From contig CAWANH010000001.1 of assembly GCA_963783375.1 (NCBI GenBank), forward strand, positions 64,001 to 128,000: a stretch of 64,000 nt of DNA. The letters run 5' to 3'. The notes under the pieces were generated by a model that was given only the letters and a program-made list of their open reading frames with translations, searched no databases and was not told where the DNA came from. This stretch comes from Candidatus Eiseniibacteriota bacterium (lineage in GTDB: Bacteria > Eisenbacteria > RBG-16-71-46 > JABDJR01). Each line of letters begins with the position of its first letter. The first letter of the stretch is position 1. Made by a program: the position numbers and the translations under genes. This document shows, piece by piece, positions 48,078 to 59,054 of this stretch.

Positions 48078-49841
48078 ATGAGCGGTGCGGGTACCGGTCG
48101 GCCTTCAGTGCCTTATTTCCGCCGCGGCTTCTTCCGTTCCGGCGAGCCGGTGAGCCGGATCGGGGACGGGGAGATCGGCGGCAAGGCGCGGGGCCTGGTC
48201 CTGGCCCGGGACCTCCTGCGGGAGGAGTTCGCCCCGACCGCATTCCCCAACCTGGAAATCCGCGTCCCCCACCTGGTGGTTCTGGCCACCGACGTCTTCG
48301 ACGCGTTCATGGAACGGAACCACCTTCACGAAACGGCGGTGGCGGACCTCCCCGACGAGCAGATCGCCCAGGCATTCCAGGCCGCATCGCTGCCCACCGA
48401 GATCCTGGGAGATCTCCGGGTCCTGGTGGAGGAGCTTCATCTTCCGATGGCCGTTCGGTCATCCAGCCTCCTCGAGGATGCCCTCTTCCGGCCGTTCGCC
48501 GGGGTCTACGAAACGAAGATGACGCCCAACGACCAGCCGGATCCCAACGCCCGCTTCCAGAAGCTCACCGAAGCCATCAAGTTCGTCTACGCCTCGACGT
48601 TCTTCAAGGCGGCCAAGGATTACATCCGAGCCACGCGGGAGCCGGTGGAGCGGGAGAAGATGGCGGTGATCCTCCAGGAGGTCGTCGGGTCCCGCTACGA
48701 CGTCCGCTTCTACCCCACCCTTTCGGGGGTGGGGCGTTCCTACAACTTCTACCCCGGTCCGGGGGCCAGGCGCGAGGAGGGGGTGGTCGAGCTGGCCCTG
48801 GGGCTGGGCAAGACCATCGTGGACGGCGGGCTCTGCTATTCGTACTCCCCCGCGCGGCCCCAATCCCCTCCTCCCTTCGCCTCTCCCGCCGAGTTCATGC
48901 GGAACACCCAGAAGACGTTCTGGGCGGTGAACATGGGAACCCCCCCCGTCTTCAATCCCATCCTGGAGACCGAGTACCTGGGCGAGGCCGGACTGGCGGA
49001 GGCGGAGTACGACGGGACCCTGCGATTCCTCTGCTCGACCTATCTTCCCGATTCCGGACGCCTGTCCCCCGGCGTCGGCAGCCCGGGTCCGCGCGTCCTC
49101 AACTTCGCCCCGCTGCTCGTGCTCGAGGAGTACCCGTTCAACCCGGCCATCCGGGCCCTCATGGACGCGGCCGGGCGGAAGGTGGGAAAGGCGGTGGAGA
49201 TCGAGTTCGCCATGACCCTTCCCCGGTCGGATTCGTCCCAGCCCGCCCAGCTCGGGTTCCTCCAGGTCCGGCCGATGCTGGTCTCCGACCGGCCGGTCGA
49301 GGTCACCGAGAAGGAACTCGCCCGCCCGGACCTCCTCCTGGCCTCGGACAAGGTGATGGGCAACGGCTCGCTGGACACCATCGAGGACGTGGTGTACGTC
49401 AGGCCCGACACCTTCGACGCCCGGTACACGCGCACCATCTCCGAGGAGCTCGAGCGACTGAACCTCCCGCTTTTCACCGAGGCCCGGCCCTACCTCCTGA
49501 TCGGCTTCGGCCGCTGGGGGAGCTCCGATCCCTGGCTGGGCATCCCCGTCCGCTGGGGACAGATCTCCGGGGCCAAGGTCATCGTGGAGGCGACGCGGCC
49601 CGACATGAACGTGGAGGCCAGTCAGGGCTCGCACTTCTTCCACAACATCTCCAGTTTCGAGGTCGCCTACTTCATGGTGAGCCACTCCCGCTCGCCGGGC
49701 ATCGACTGGGACTGGCTGGGGGGGAACGAGATCGTCACTGAAACCGAGTTCGTCCGCCACGTCAGGCTGGCCGCCCCGCTCCGGGTCAAGGTGGACGGCC
49801 GGACGGGACGGGGGGCGGTCTGGCGCTCCTCGGAGACGTGA
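48078..49841 (+). CDS. PPDK/PEPS N-terminal-type ATP-grasp protein (stand-alone), no pyruvate-binding barrel
   Basis: IGGKARGL, AVRSSSLLED..FAGVYET, MAVILQEVVG, EIEFA, LQVRP; C-terminal GRWGS..SQGSHFF. Confidence 0.85.
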   Translation: MSGAGTGRPSVPYFRRGFFRSGEPVSRIGDGEIGGKARGLVLARDLLREEFAPTAFPNLEIRVPHLVVLATDVFDAFMERNHLHETAVADLPDEQIAQAFQAASLPTEILGDLRVLVEELHLPMAVRSSSLLEDALFRPFAGVYETKMTPNDQPDPNARFQKLTEAIKFVYASTFFKAAKDYIRATREPVEREKMAVILQEVVGSRYDVRFYPTLSGVGRSYNFYPGPGARREEGVVELALGLGKTIVDGGLCYSYSPARPQSPPPFASPAEFMRNTQKTFWAVNMGTPPVFNPILETEYLGEAGLAEAEYDGTLRFLCSTYLPDSGRLSPGVGSPGPRVLNFAPLLVLEEYPFNPAIRALMDAAGRKVGKAVEIEFAMTLPRSDSSQPAQLGFLQVRPMLVSDRPVEVTEKELARPDLLLASDKVMGNGSLDTIEDVVYVRPDTFDARYTRTISEELERLNLPLFTEARPYLLIGFGRWGSSDPWLGIPVRWGQISGAKVIVEATRPDMNVEASQGSHFFHNISSFEVAYFMVSHSRSPGIDWDWLGGNEIVTETEFVRHVRLAAPLRVKVDGRTGRGAVWRSSET

Positions 49842-49920
49842 TCGCAACTTGCGGCCGGGACGCCGGCCCGCACCGACACGCATTCCACGGGTTCCGAGTC
49901 CCTAACCGAAGTTGGACACG

Positions 49921-52900
49921 ATGACCGACATGGACAAGTCGACCGAGAAGCTCCTGGCCGCGCTCCACGAACGGGCCAAGGAGCTCAACTGCCTGTATCG
50001 GGTGGACGAGATCCTGAGCTGGCAGGACGTCCCCGAGGACACCGTCTACCGGGCCCTGGTGGACGCGCTGCCCCCGGGATGGCAGTACCCCGAGGTCTGC
50101 CAGGCCCGCATCACCATCGGATCCGAGGTCTACCAGAGCGAGGGCTACCGGGAATCCCCCTGGACCATGCGGACCGAGATCGAGGTTCAGAGCGAGGTGG
50201 TGGGTGAGATCACGGTCTCGTACACCGAGGATAAGCCCCCCTCCCACGAGGGACCCTTCCTCAAGGAGGAGTTCCGGCTCATCGACGCCATCAGCGAGCG
50301 GATCGCGCTCTTTCTCATCCAGAAGCGCGTCCGCACCCATCACGAGAGCTGGCAAACCGCGGTGGAAGAACTCTCGTCCACCGAGCGCAAGCCGTGGGCG
50401 GTGCTGCTCGACTTCCTCCAGCAGACCGACCCGAGCCTCCTCCAGCGCATCACCCGGAAGATGATCAATCACCTGTGCTGGAACGGGGTGACCGAGGCCA
50501 ACGCCCTTCTCCAGGAAGGGCCGCCGGACGAGACGCAGCCTTCCTCCGAGGAGAAGGACGAGAACTGGCCCCAGCAGAAGCGCCGGCCCACCGACTCCAA
50601 GGATCTCACCCGTCGCACTTTCGAGATCGCCCTCCGACACCTCCGCGAAGAGGACGTGGTCCGGAGCATCCAGGCCTGGATCAACGAAGAGAACTCGACG
50701 TTCCTCATCAAGTCGCTGGAGAACCCGGGGACCGGTCTGGCCGAGCTGGCGGAGGCGGTCCGTCGTTTCCAGAACGCGGGCATCGAGGAGTCCGAGCTCG
50801 CCCCCGCGGTGGCCATGAGCCTCCGGGTGGCCCTCCTCCGGCGGTTCTTCGTGGACCAGCTCGAGTTCATCAACGTGGCCAAGGTCTACGTGGAGGTGAA
50901 GGACTTCTACGATCTGGTCCAGCGCATCATCTACCCGTCCCGGAGCCAGGGGAAGCTGGGCGGGAAAGGGGCGGGGCTCTTCCTGGCGGTCCAGGTCATC
51001 CGCAAATCGGACGAGTTCGCCGACGTTCTCAAGAACTTCAAGGTTCCCAAGACCTGGTACGTGGCCTCGGACGGGATCCTCGACTTCATCCAGCACAACA
51101 ACCTGAACGAGGTCTACAACCGCAAGTACATGGAGATCGAGCGGGTTCGCCAGGACTATCCGCACATCATCCAGCTGTTCAAGAACTCGGAGTTCACCTC
51201 CGAGCTCGTCAAGGGGTTGGCCGCCGCGCTGGACGACTTCGAGGACCGGCCCCTCATCGTCCGCAGCTCCAGCATGCTGGAGGACCGGGTGGGATCGTCC
51301 TTCTCGGGAAAGTACAAGAGCCTCTTCCTCGCCAATCAGGGGACGAAGAAGGCGCGCCTGGAAGCACTCCTCGACGCCATCGCCGAGGTCTACGCATCGG
51401 TGTTCGGACCCGACCCCATCGAGTACCGGGCCCAGCGGGGACTCCTCGATTTCCGGGAAGAGATGGGAATCATGATCGAGGAGGTCGTGGGCACCCGCGT
51501 CGGCCGGTACTTCTTCCCGGCGTTCTCCGGAGTCGCCTTCTGCAACAACGAATTCCGGTGGTCTCCGCGAATCAAGATGGCGGACGGCCTGGTGCGGATG
51601 GTCCCCGGCCTGGGGACCCGGGCGGTGGATCGGCTGGGGGACGACTACCCGGTGCTGATCTCTCCGGGACAACCCGGATTGCGGATCAACGTGACCCCGG
51701 ACGAGATCCTCCGCTACTCCCCCAAGATGATGGACGTCATCAACCTGGAGAGCGATTCCTTCGAGACCGTGGACGTGAGGGAAGTGCTCCGGGAGTACGG
51801 GGACTCGTACCCGGGGGCGCGCCGGCTGGTCTCCATGGTCGAGGAGGATCGGATCCGGGAGCCGCAGGGCCTGGAGCCGGACTGGGAGAAGGACGATCTC
51901 GTGGTCACCTTCGAGACCCTCCTCTCCCGCACCCCGTTCATCGGTCAGATCCACTCCCTGTTGAAGCTGCTTCGGGAGAAGCTGGGAATGCCGGTGGACA
52001 TCGAGTTCGCCCACGACGGCCAGGACCTCTACCTGCTCCAGTGCCGCAGCCAGAGCGGTTCCGAGGAGCACGCCCCGGCTTCGATCCCCCGCGACCTGCC
52101 GCGGGACAAGATCCTGTTCTCGGCCCGGCGATACGTGAGCAACGGACGCATCTCGAACATCACCCACGTGGTGTACGTGAACCCGGAGACCTACGGGGAC
52201 ATCTCCGACCGGCAGAAGCTCCGGGACGTGGCCCGCGCGGTGGGGAAGCTCAACACCGTCCTTCCCAAGCGGCAGTTCATCCTCATGGGCCCGGGGCGTT
52301 GGGGCAGCCGGGGAGACGTCAAGCTCGGGGTCGGCGTGACCTACTCGGACATCAACAACACCGCGATCCTGATGGAGATCGCCCGCCGGAAGGGGAACTA
52401 CGTTCCCGAACTCTCCTTCGGGACGCACTTCTTCCAGGATCTGGTCGAATCGGACATCCGTTATCTCCCCCTCTACCCGGATGAGGAGGGCATCGACTTC
52501 AACGAGCTGTTCTTCACCCGGTCCCGCAACATCCTGCCCGAGATCCTGCCCCAGTTCGCGCACGTCGCCGATACGGTGCGGGTCATCGACGTGCCCAAGG
52601 AGACCGGCGGAAACGTGATCGAGGTGCTCATGAACTCCGACCTGGACGAGGCGATCGGGGTGCTGGGACGACCGGATCAGGCCGGCGAGGAACCGATGAT
52701 ATCCCACGACGCCTCCACCCCGTCGCCTCAGAATCACTGGCGCTGGCGGATGCGCATGGCCCGGAGAATCGCCCGGCACCTCGACCCCGAACGCTTCGGG
52801 GTCAAGGCCGTCTACATCTTCGGCAGCACGAAGAACGGGACCGCGGGCCCGAAGAGCGACATCGATCTCCTGATCCACGTGGAGGCGAGCGAGGCGCAGT

Positions 52901-53106
52901 CCGAGGCCCTCACCACCTGGCTGGACGGCTGGAGCCGGGCACTGGCCGAGATGAACTACCTGCGGACCGGCTATGCCACCCAGACCCTGCTCGACCCCCA
53001 CTTCGTGACCGACCGGGACATCGCGGACAAGACGAGCTATGCCGCGAAGATCGGGGCGGTGACCGACAGCGCCAAGGCCCTGCCCTTGGGACCGCAGGGG
53101 ACCTGA
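49921..53106 (+). CDS. sensor-like domain + PPDK-type ATP-grasp + nucleotidyltransferase fusion
   Basis: ERAKELNCLY..GWQYPE..GPFLKEE N-terminus; LGGKGAGL, VRSSSMLED, DIEFA, LLQCR; SFGTHFF; C-terminal IFGSTKNG..SDIDLLI. Confidence 0.85.
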   Translation: MTDMDKSTEKLLAALHERAKELNCLYRVDEILSWQDVPEDTVYRALVDALPPGWQYPEVCQARITIGSEVYQSEGYRESPWTMRTEIEVQSEVVGEITVSYTEDKPPSHEGPFLKEEFRLIDAISERIALFLIQKRVRTHHESWQTAVEELSSTERKPWAVLLDFLQQTDPSLLQRITRKMINHLCWNGVTEANALLQEGPPDETQPSSEEKDENWPQQKRRPTDSKDLTRRTFEIALRHLREEDVVRSIQAWINEENSTFLIKSLENPGTGLAELAEAVRRFQNAGIEESELAPAVAMSLRVALLRRFFVDQLEFINVAKVYVEVKDFYDLVQRIIYPSRSQGKLGGKGAGLFLAVQVIRKSDEFADVLKNFKVPKTWYVASDGILDFIQHNNLNEVYNRKYMEIERVRQDYPHIIQLFKNSEFTSELVKGLAAALDDFEDRPLIVRSSSMLEDRVGSSFSGKYKSLFLANQGTKKARLEALLDAIAEVYASVFGPDPIEYRAQRGLLDFREEMGIMIEEVVGTRVGRYFFPAFSGVAFCNNEFRWSPRIKMADGLVRMVPGLGTRAVDRLGDDYPVLISPGQPGLRINVTPDEILRYSPKMMDVINLESDSFETVDVREVLREYGDSYPGARRLVSMVEEDRIREPQGLEPDWEKDDLVVTFETLLSRTPFIGQIHSLLKLLREKLGMPVDIEFAHDGQDLYLLQCRSQSGSEEHAPASIPRDLPRDKILFSARRYVSNGRISNITHVVYVNPETYGDISDRQKLRDVARAVGKLNTVLPKRQFILMGPGRWGSRGDVKLGVGVTYSDINNTAILMEIARRKGNYVPELSFGTHFFQDLVESDIRYLPLYPDEEGIDFNELFFTRSRNILPEILPQFAHVADTVRVIDVPKETGGNVIEVLMNSDLDEAIGVLGRPDQAGEEPMISHDASTPSPQNHWRWRMRMARRIARHLDPERFGVKAVYIFGSTKNGTAGPKSDIDLLIHVEASEAQSEALTTWLDGWSRALAEMNYLRTGYATQTLLDPHFVTDRDIADKTSYAAKIGAVTDSAKALPLGPQGT

Positions 53107-53140
53107 CCCGGCCCGAGCGCGAACCGGGGAGCCGGAGGGG

Positions 53141-54028
53141 CTAGATCAGGATCCGGGAAGCCGCCTCGAGATCCTCCAGGTCGAACCGGACCAGCGCGAG
53201 CTCGGGTCCGTCGTGGGCCGCTCCCATGATGGAGGTCCGGCCCAGCTTCTGCCGCCAAGCCCCGGTCAACCCCGCCGACTCGTGGATGTGACCGTGCAGG
53301 GTGAGAAGCGGCTGGCGCTCATCGATGAAGCGGCGTATGGCCAGACTTCCCACGTGGAGGTCGAGCGGGACGTGGTCCACCATCTTTCCGTCCAGGGCGG
53401 CGCGGTCGAGCGCGGTCTCGTGCGGCGGCGCGTGAAACAGGAATACGGCGTCCTCCAGGGATCGCCCGTCGACGAGCTTCCGCAGGTCCTCCTGGATCGT
53501 GGCGTACCGGACCTCGTTGGCGGGCACCGGAACGGTTCTCCGTCCTTCCTCCGGTGAGACGCATCCGGGAGGGATGTACCGGGAAACGTCGTACTTCTCC
53601 CAGTCCTTGAGCGCGAACGGAGTGGGCGGGACGTAGGCGTATCCGTACACGGTATGACGGCCCATCGGGAAGCGGCCGCCGTGGGCGCAGGTCCACAATC
53701 CCCCGCTCTCCCCCTCCAGGAACGACGGTTCCTCGATCCTCGCGTCGTCGTTCCCGGGGATGAGAAAGACCCGGGGATACCGGGATCCCATCCCTTCCCG
53801 CAACCGCCGGAATTCCGGGAGCAGGAAGTCGTGCAGAAAATCGGGGTATCGCGTCTCCGTGGCGAAACCGGCGCCCTGGCCGAAAGGGAGGAGATCCCCG
53901 CCGAGAAAGACCATCCCCGGCCGATCGGTCTCGATCGCCCGCGAGAGCTTCCGGAATCGGTCGACCCGGCCGTGGACGTCCGACACGAAGAGGCAAAGGC
54001 TGTTCCCGGATTCCATTGGCGTCTCCAC
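53141..54028 (-). CDS. calcineurin-like metallophosphoesterase
   Basis: SDVHG, GGD, PGNDD, FHAPP, HGHIHE. Confidence 0.88.
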   Translation of the reverse strand: METPMESGNSLCLFVSDVHGRVDRFRKLSRAIETDRPGMVFLGGDLLPFGQGAGFATETRYPDFLHDFLLPEFRRLREGMGSRYPRVFLIPGNDDARIEEPSFLEGESGGLWTCAHGGRFPMGRHTVYGYAYVPPTPFALKDWEKYDVSRYIPPGCVSPEEGRRTVPVPANEVRYATIQEDLRKLVDGRSLEDAVFLFHAPPHETALDRAALDGKMVDHVPLDLHVGSLAIRRFIDERQPLLTLHGHIHESAGLTGAWRQKLGRTSIMGAAHDGPELALVRFDLEDLEAASRILI

Positions 54029-54201
54029 GTGCGATGTCTCCTGCCGGCTCGACCGGCGATCGCGCCGGTTTCCGGACGCCCCGATGCGCTCGCGTCGAGG
54101 GGCCGCATCATCCTACGCCATCACCCCTCCCGCGCGCCCTCGGCTGCCGGACGCGGCGACATCCCCCTCTTCATTCATGACAAGAACGGGCTGCTATCAC
54201 G

Positions 54202-54230
54202 TTGACACGCCCCACCGCGGGCGCTAGGGT
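54202..54230 (+). promoter_or_regulatory. putative sigma70 promoter of gdhA
   Basis: TTGACA-17 nt-TAGGGT. Confidence 0.6.
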
Positions 54231-54421
54231 TCGCTGGTTCGAAATCGTAGAGTAGTTCCACGAACCGGGCTCCGAGATCCGGAAACGGCGACGGGTGGTT
54301 GGGTACGGGAATCTCCGGACCGCGGTCCACCGGCGGAATCGGATACGAGCTGGGGCCGATTAGCTGGAACTCCGGCCGCCGCGGCCCGGGTGGGGTCCGG
54401 TGGGTACATCAAGGGGCTTAG

Positions 54422-55806
<1,385 letters not shown>

Positions 55807-55831
55807 TCGCCCGGATCTGAGCCTGTATCAT

Positions 55832-55870
55832 CGCGGAGTGCCCATCTGAACGATCGGCACTCCGCGTTCA
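55832..55870 (+). terminator. stem-loop after gdhA (weak terminator or stabiliser)
   Basis: 11-bp stem CGCGGAGTGCC/GGCACTCCGCG, 13-nt loop, poor U-tract. Confidence 0.5.
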
Positions 55871-55887
55871 TATTCGGGGGAAACGAC

Positions 55888-58857
55888 ATGTCGACCGATT
55901 TTCGGGACCCGGAGCAGGTTCACAGCAAGCCCAGGCTGCGACGGTTCCAGGACCTGATGCGCCAACGGGTCCAGAACATCCTCCTGGTCTCGAGCCTCTA
56001 CGACTCATTCATCCTTGCCGAGGACGGACAGCTCAACGAGGCGCTCCTTCGCGAGTACATCGAGCTCAACCTGAGCCAGAACCCGGATCTCACCCGGGTT
56101 TCCACCGGGGCCGAGGCGGTGGCGCTGGCCCGCGCCAACCCGCGATTCGACCTGATCGTCACCACCCTGCGGGTGCAGGACATGAACGCGGTGGACCTCG
56201 CCCGGAACCTCCGGGAGGCCGGCCTCGACATACCCGTCGTGGTGCTGGCCTACAACAATCGCTCCCTCACCGATTTCGTGGCCCGCCACGACATCACCCC
56301 GCTGGAGAGGATCTTCCTCTGGCAGGGCGACGTCCGGGTGCTGCTGGCCATGGTCAAGTACGTGGAGGACCGGCGGAACGTCGCCCACGACTCGGGGAAG
56401 CTGGGGGTCCCGGTGGTCATCGTGGTGGAGGACAACATCCGCTTCTACTCGTCCTTTCTTCCCGTTATCTACTCCGAGCTGCTCAACCACACCCACAACC
56501 TGATCCGCGAGGGGCTGAGCCTGGCCCAGAAGATGATGCGCATCCGGGCGCGTCCCAAGGTCCTCCTCTGCACGACCTACGAGGAAGCCTGGCAGTACTT
56601 CTCCGCCTACGAGGATCAGGTGCTCGGGGTCATTTCCGACATCGAGTTCCCGCACGGCGGAAAGCTCGATCGACGCGCGGGGCTCGACCTGATCACCCGC
56701 ATCTCGGCGCTCCAGCCCGACGTGCCGATCGTCCTGCAATCGAGCATCCCAGGGAACGAGAACCTGGCCCGGTCCGCGGGCGCATCGTTCCTGCTCAAGG
56801 GCTCCCCGGTGCTGCTCCATGATCTGCGCCGGATCCTCAAGGATCATTTCGGATTCGGCGACTTCGTCTTTCGCACCCCGGACGGCCGGGAGATCGACCG
56901 CGCTCACGACCTGGGGTCGTTGATCGAGAAGCTCCGGACCGTGCCCGCGGAATGCCTCGCCTTCCACGGCGAGCGGAATCACATCTCGAACTGGCTCAAG
57001 GCGCGGACCGAGTTCGCGCTGGCCGAGGCCCTCCGCCCCCGCAAGGTCTCGGATTTTCCCGACCTCGAGTCCATGCGCCGGGAAGTGGTGCGGAGCATCA
57101 CCGAGTACCGGCAGGAGTGGGAACGGGTCATCGTGGCCGACTTCGACCGAAACCGGTACGACCCCCTCATCAGCATGGCCCGGATCGGAGGGGGCTCGCT
57201 GGGGGGAAAGGCGCGGGGGCTGGCGTTCGTCAACCGCCTGCTCAGCGAGTCCGACTGGGGCGAGCAATACCCCGGGGTCCGGGTGCTGGTCCCGTTCAGC
57301 GTGGTCCTGGGCACCGACATCTTCGACCAGTTCCTGGAACGGAACGACCTGCGTGACTTCGCCATCGAGGAGGCCTCGGACGAGGCGATCGAACGACGCT
57401 TCCTGGCCGCGTCGTTCCCCGAGGACACCGTGGAGGATCTGACCGCTTTCCTCCGCGGGGTCCGCTGTCCCCTGGCCGTCCGCTCCTCCGGCCTGCTGGA
57501 GGATTCCCCGAACCAGCCTTTCGCCGGCGTATATCGCACGCTCATGATCCCCAACAACGACGAGAGCGAAGAGCGCCGCATGAGTCAGCTGCTGGCGGCG
57601 GTGAAGCTCGTCTACGCCTCGACCTTCTGCGCCACGGCCAAATCGTTCCTGGAGATGACCCCATATCGCCTCGAGGAGGAGAAGATGGCGGTGATCATCC
57701 AGAAACTGGTCGGCTCCCCCCACGGGAACCGTTTCTATCCGGACTTCGCCGGGGTTGGACGCTCGTACAACTTCTACCCGACCGCTCCCCAGACCGCCGA
57801 GGACGGGGTGGTTGCGGTGGCCCTGGGCATGGGAAAGACGGTAGTGGACGGGGGTTCGAGCCTCCGATTCAGCCCCCGCTACCCCCGCCACCTGGTCACC
57901 CAGTCCAACGTGAAGGACGTGCTCAACAACTCCCAGCGCGAATTCTACGCGCTGGACCTGGACGCGCCCGCGGACGGGACCGCGAACCCGGGGTCCGAGC
58001 TGACCGCCTACGATTTGAGGGTGGCCGAGGAGGACGGGACGCTGGCCGCGCTGGCCTCCACCTACTCCCCCGAGAACGACGCGGTGTACGACGGGACCTC
58101 GCGTCCCGGATTCCGAGTGGTCAGCTTCGCGCCCATCCTCAAGCACGAGATCTTCCCCCTGGCCGAGCTCCTGGACGAGCTGCTCCGCCTGGGCGCCCGC
58201 GGGTGCAGCGCGCCGGTGGAGGTGGAGTTCGCGGTCAACCTCACCGTTCCCCCGGGGTCCCCGGTGGAATTCGGGTTCCTCCAGATGCGCCCCCTGGCCC
58301 TGTCCCGGGAACTGGAGGAGCTGGAAATCGGCCACGTGGACTCCTCGGACCTGATCTGCCGGAGCACCAAGGTGATGGGAAACGGCAAGGTCACCGATCT
58401 CAGGGACGTGGTGGTGGTGGACTACCACCGTTTCGAGCGCGCGCGGAGCGTCGAGGTGGCGGAAATCCTCGCCCGCGTCAACTCCCGGCTCCACGCCCAG
58501 GGCCTCCCCTACCTGCTCATCGGCGTGGGCCGCTGGGGCTCCGCCGACCCGTACCTGGGCATTCCGGTCTCCTGGAGCCAGATCGCCGGCGCGCGGATCA
58601 TCGTGGAGGCGGGTTTCAAGGACATTCGCGTCACCCCCTCCCAGGGAACCCACTTCTTCCAGAACATCACCAGCTGCAACGTGGGGTACTTCACCGTGAA
58701 CCCCGAGGCCGGTGACGGAATCCTGGACTGGGACTGGTTGAACGAGCAGCCCGCGCTGGACGAGGAGGACTGCGTCCGCCACGTCCGGCTCCAACGGCCG
58801 CTGGTGGTGAAGATGAGCGGGAAGAAAGGAGAGGGGGTCATCCTGAAGCCGGTGTAG
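55888..58857 (+). CDS. receiver-domain + PPDK-type ATP-grasp fusion protein
   Basis: Degenerate receiver (ILLVSS..DLIVT), second receiver (VVEDN..ISDIEFP..LQSS..FLLK); LGGKARGL, AVRSSGLLED, EVEFA, LQMRP; SQGTHFF. Confidence 0.85.
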   Translation: MSTDFRDPEQVHSKPRLRRFQDLMRQRVQNILLVSSLYDSFILAEDGQLNEALLREYIELNLSQNPDLTRVSTGAEAVALARANPRFDLIVTTLRVQDMNAVDLARNLREAGLDIPVVVLAYNNRSLTDFVARHDITPLERIFLWQGDVRVLLAMVKYVEDRRNVAHDSGKLGVPVVIVVEDNIRFYSSFLPVIYSELLNHTHNLIREGLSLAQKMMRIRARPKVLLCTTYEEAWQYFSAYEDQVLGVISDIEFPHGGKLDRRAGLDLITRISALQPDVPIVLQSSIPGNENLARSAGASFLLKGSPVLLHDLRRILKDHFGFGDFVFRTPDGREIDRAHDLGSLIEKLRTVPAECLAFHGERNHISNWLKARTEFALAEALRPRKVSDFPDLESMRREVVRSITEYRQEWERVIVADFDRNRYDPLISMARIGGGSLGGKARGLAFVNRLLSESDWGEQYPGVRVLVPFSVVLGTDIFDQFLERNDLRDFAIEEASDEAIERRFLAASFPEDTVEDLTAFLRGVRCPLAVRSSGLLEDSPNQPFAGVYRTLMIPNNDESEERRMSQLLAAVKLVYASTFCATAKSFLEMTPYRLEEEKMAVIIQKLVGSPHGNRFYPDFAGVGRSYNFYPTAPQTAEDGVVAVALGMGKTVVDGGSSLRFSPRYPRHLVTQSNVKDVLNNSQREFYALDLDAPADGTANPGSELTAYDLRVAEEDGTLAALASTYSPENDAVYDGTSRPGFRVVSFAPILKHEIFPLAELLDELLRLGARGCSAPVEVEFAVNLTVPPGSPVEFGFLQMRPLALSRELEELEIGHVDSSDLICRSTKVMGNGKVTDLRDVVVVDYHRFERARSVEVAEILARVNSRLHAQGLPYLLIGVGRWGSADPYLGIPVSWSQIAGARIIVEAGFKDIRVTPSQGTHFFQNITSCNVGYFTVNPEAGDGILDWDWLNEQPALDEEDCVRHVRLQRPLVVKMSGKKGEGVILKPV

Positions 58858-59054
58858 TTCCCGGGCGCCGGCGCTCCGACCCGCGAGGGGCCCGCCCCGG
58901 GTCGCGCGCGGCGGCCTCCTGCCTCTAACCCGATACGCTCTGTCATCTTTGGCCGGGGAATGCTATTCTGGATCCTTGTCAGTAACAGTTTATTCCCCTT
59001 GAAGTTAGGGTCGGATCGCCCGCGCCGCGCCCCGTCCGGCCGCACCGAGGTTCC

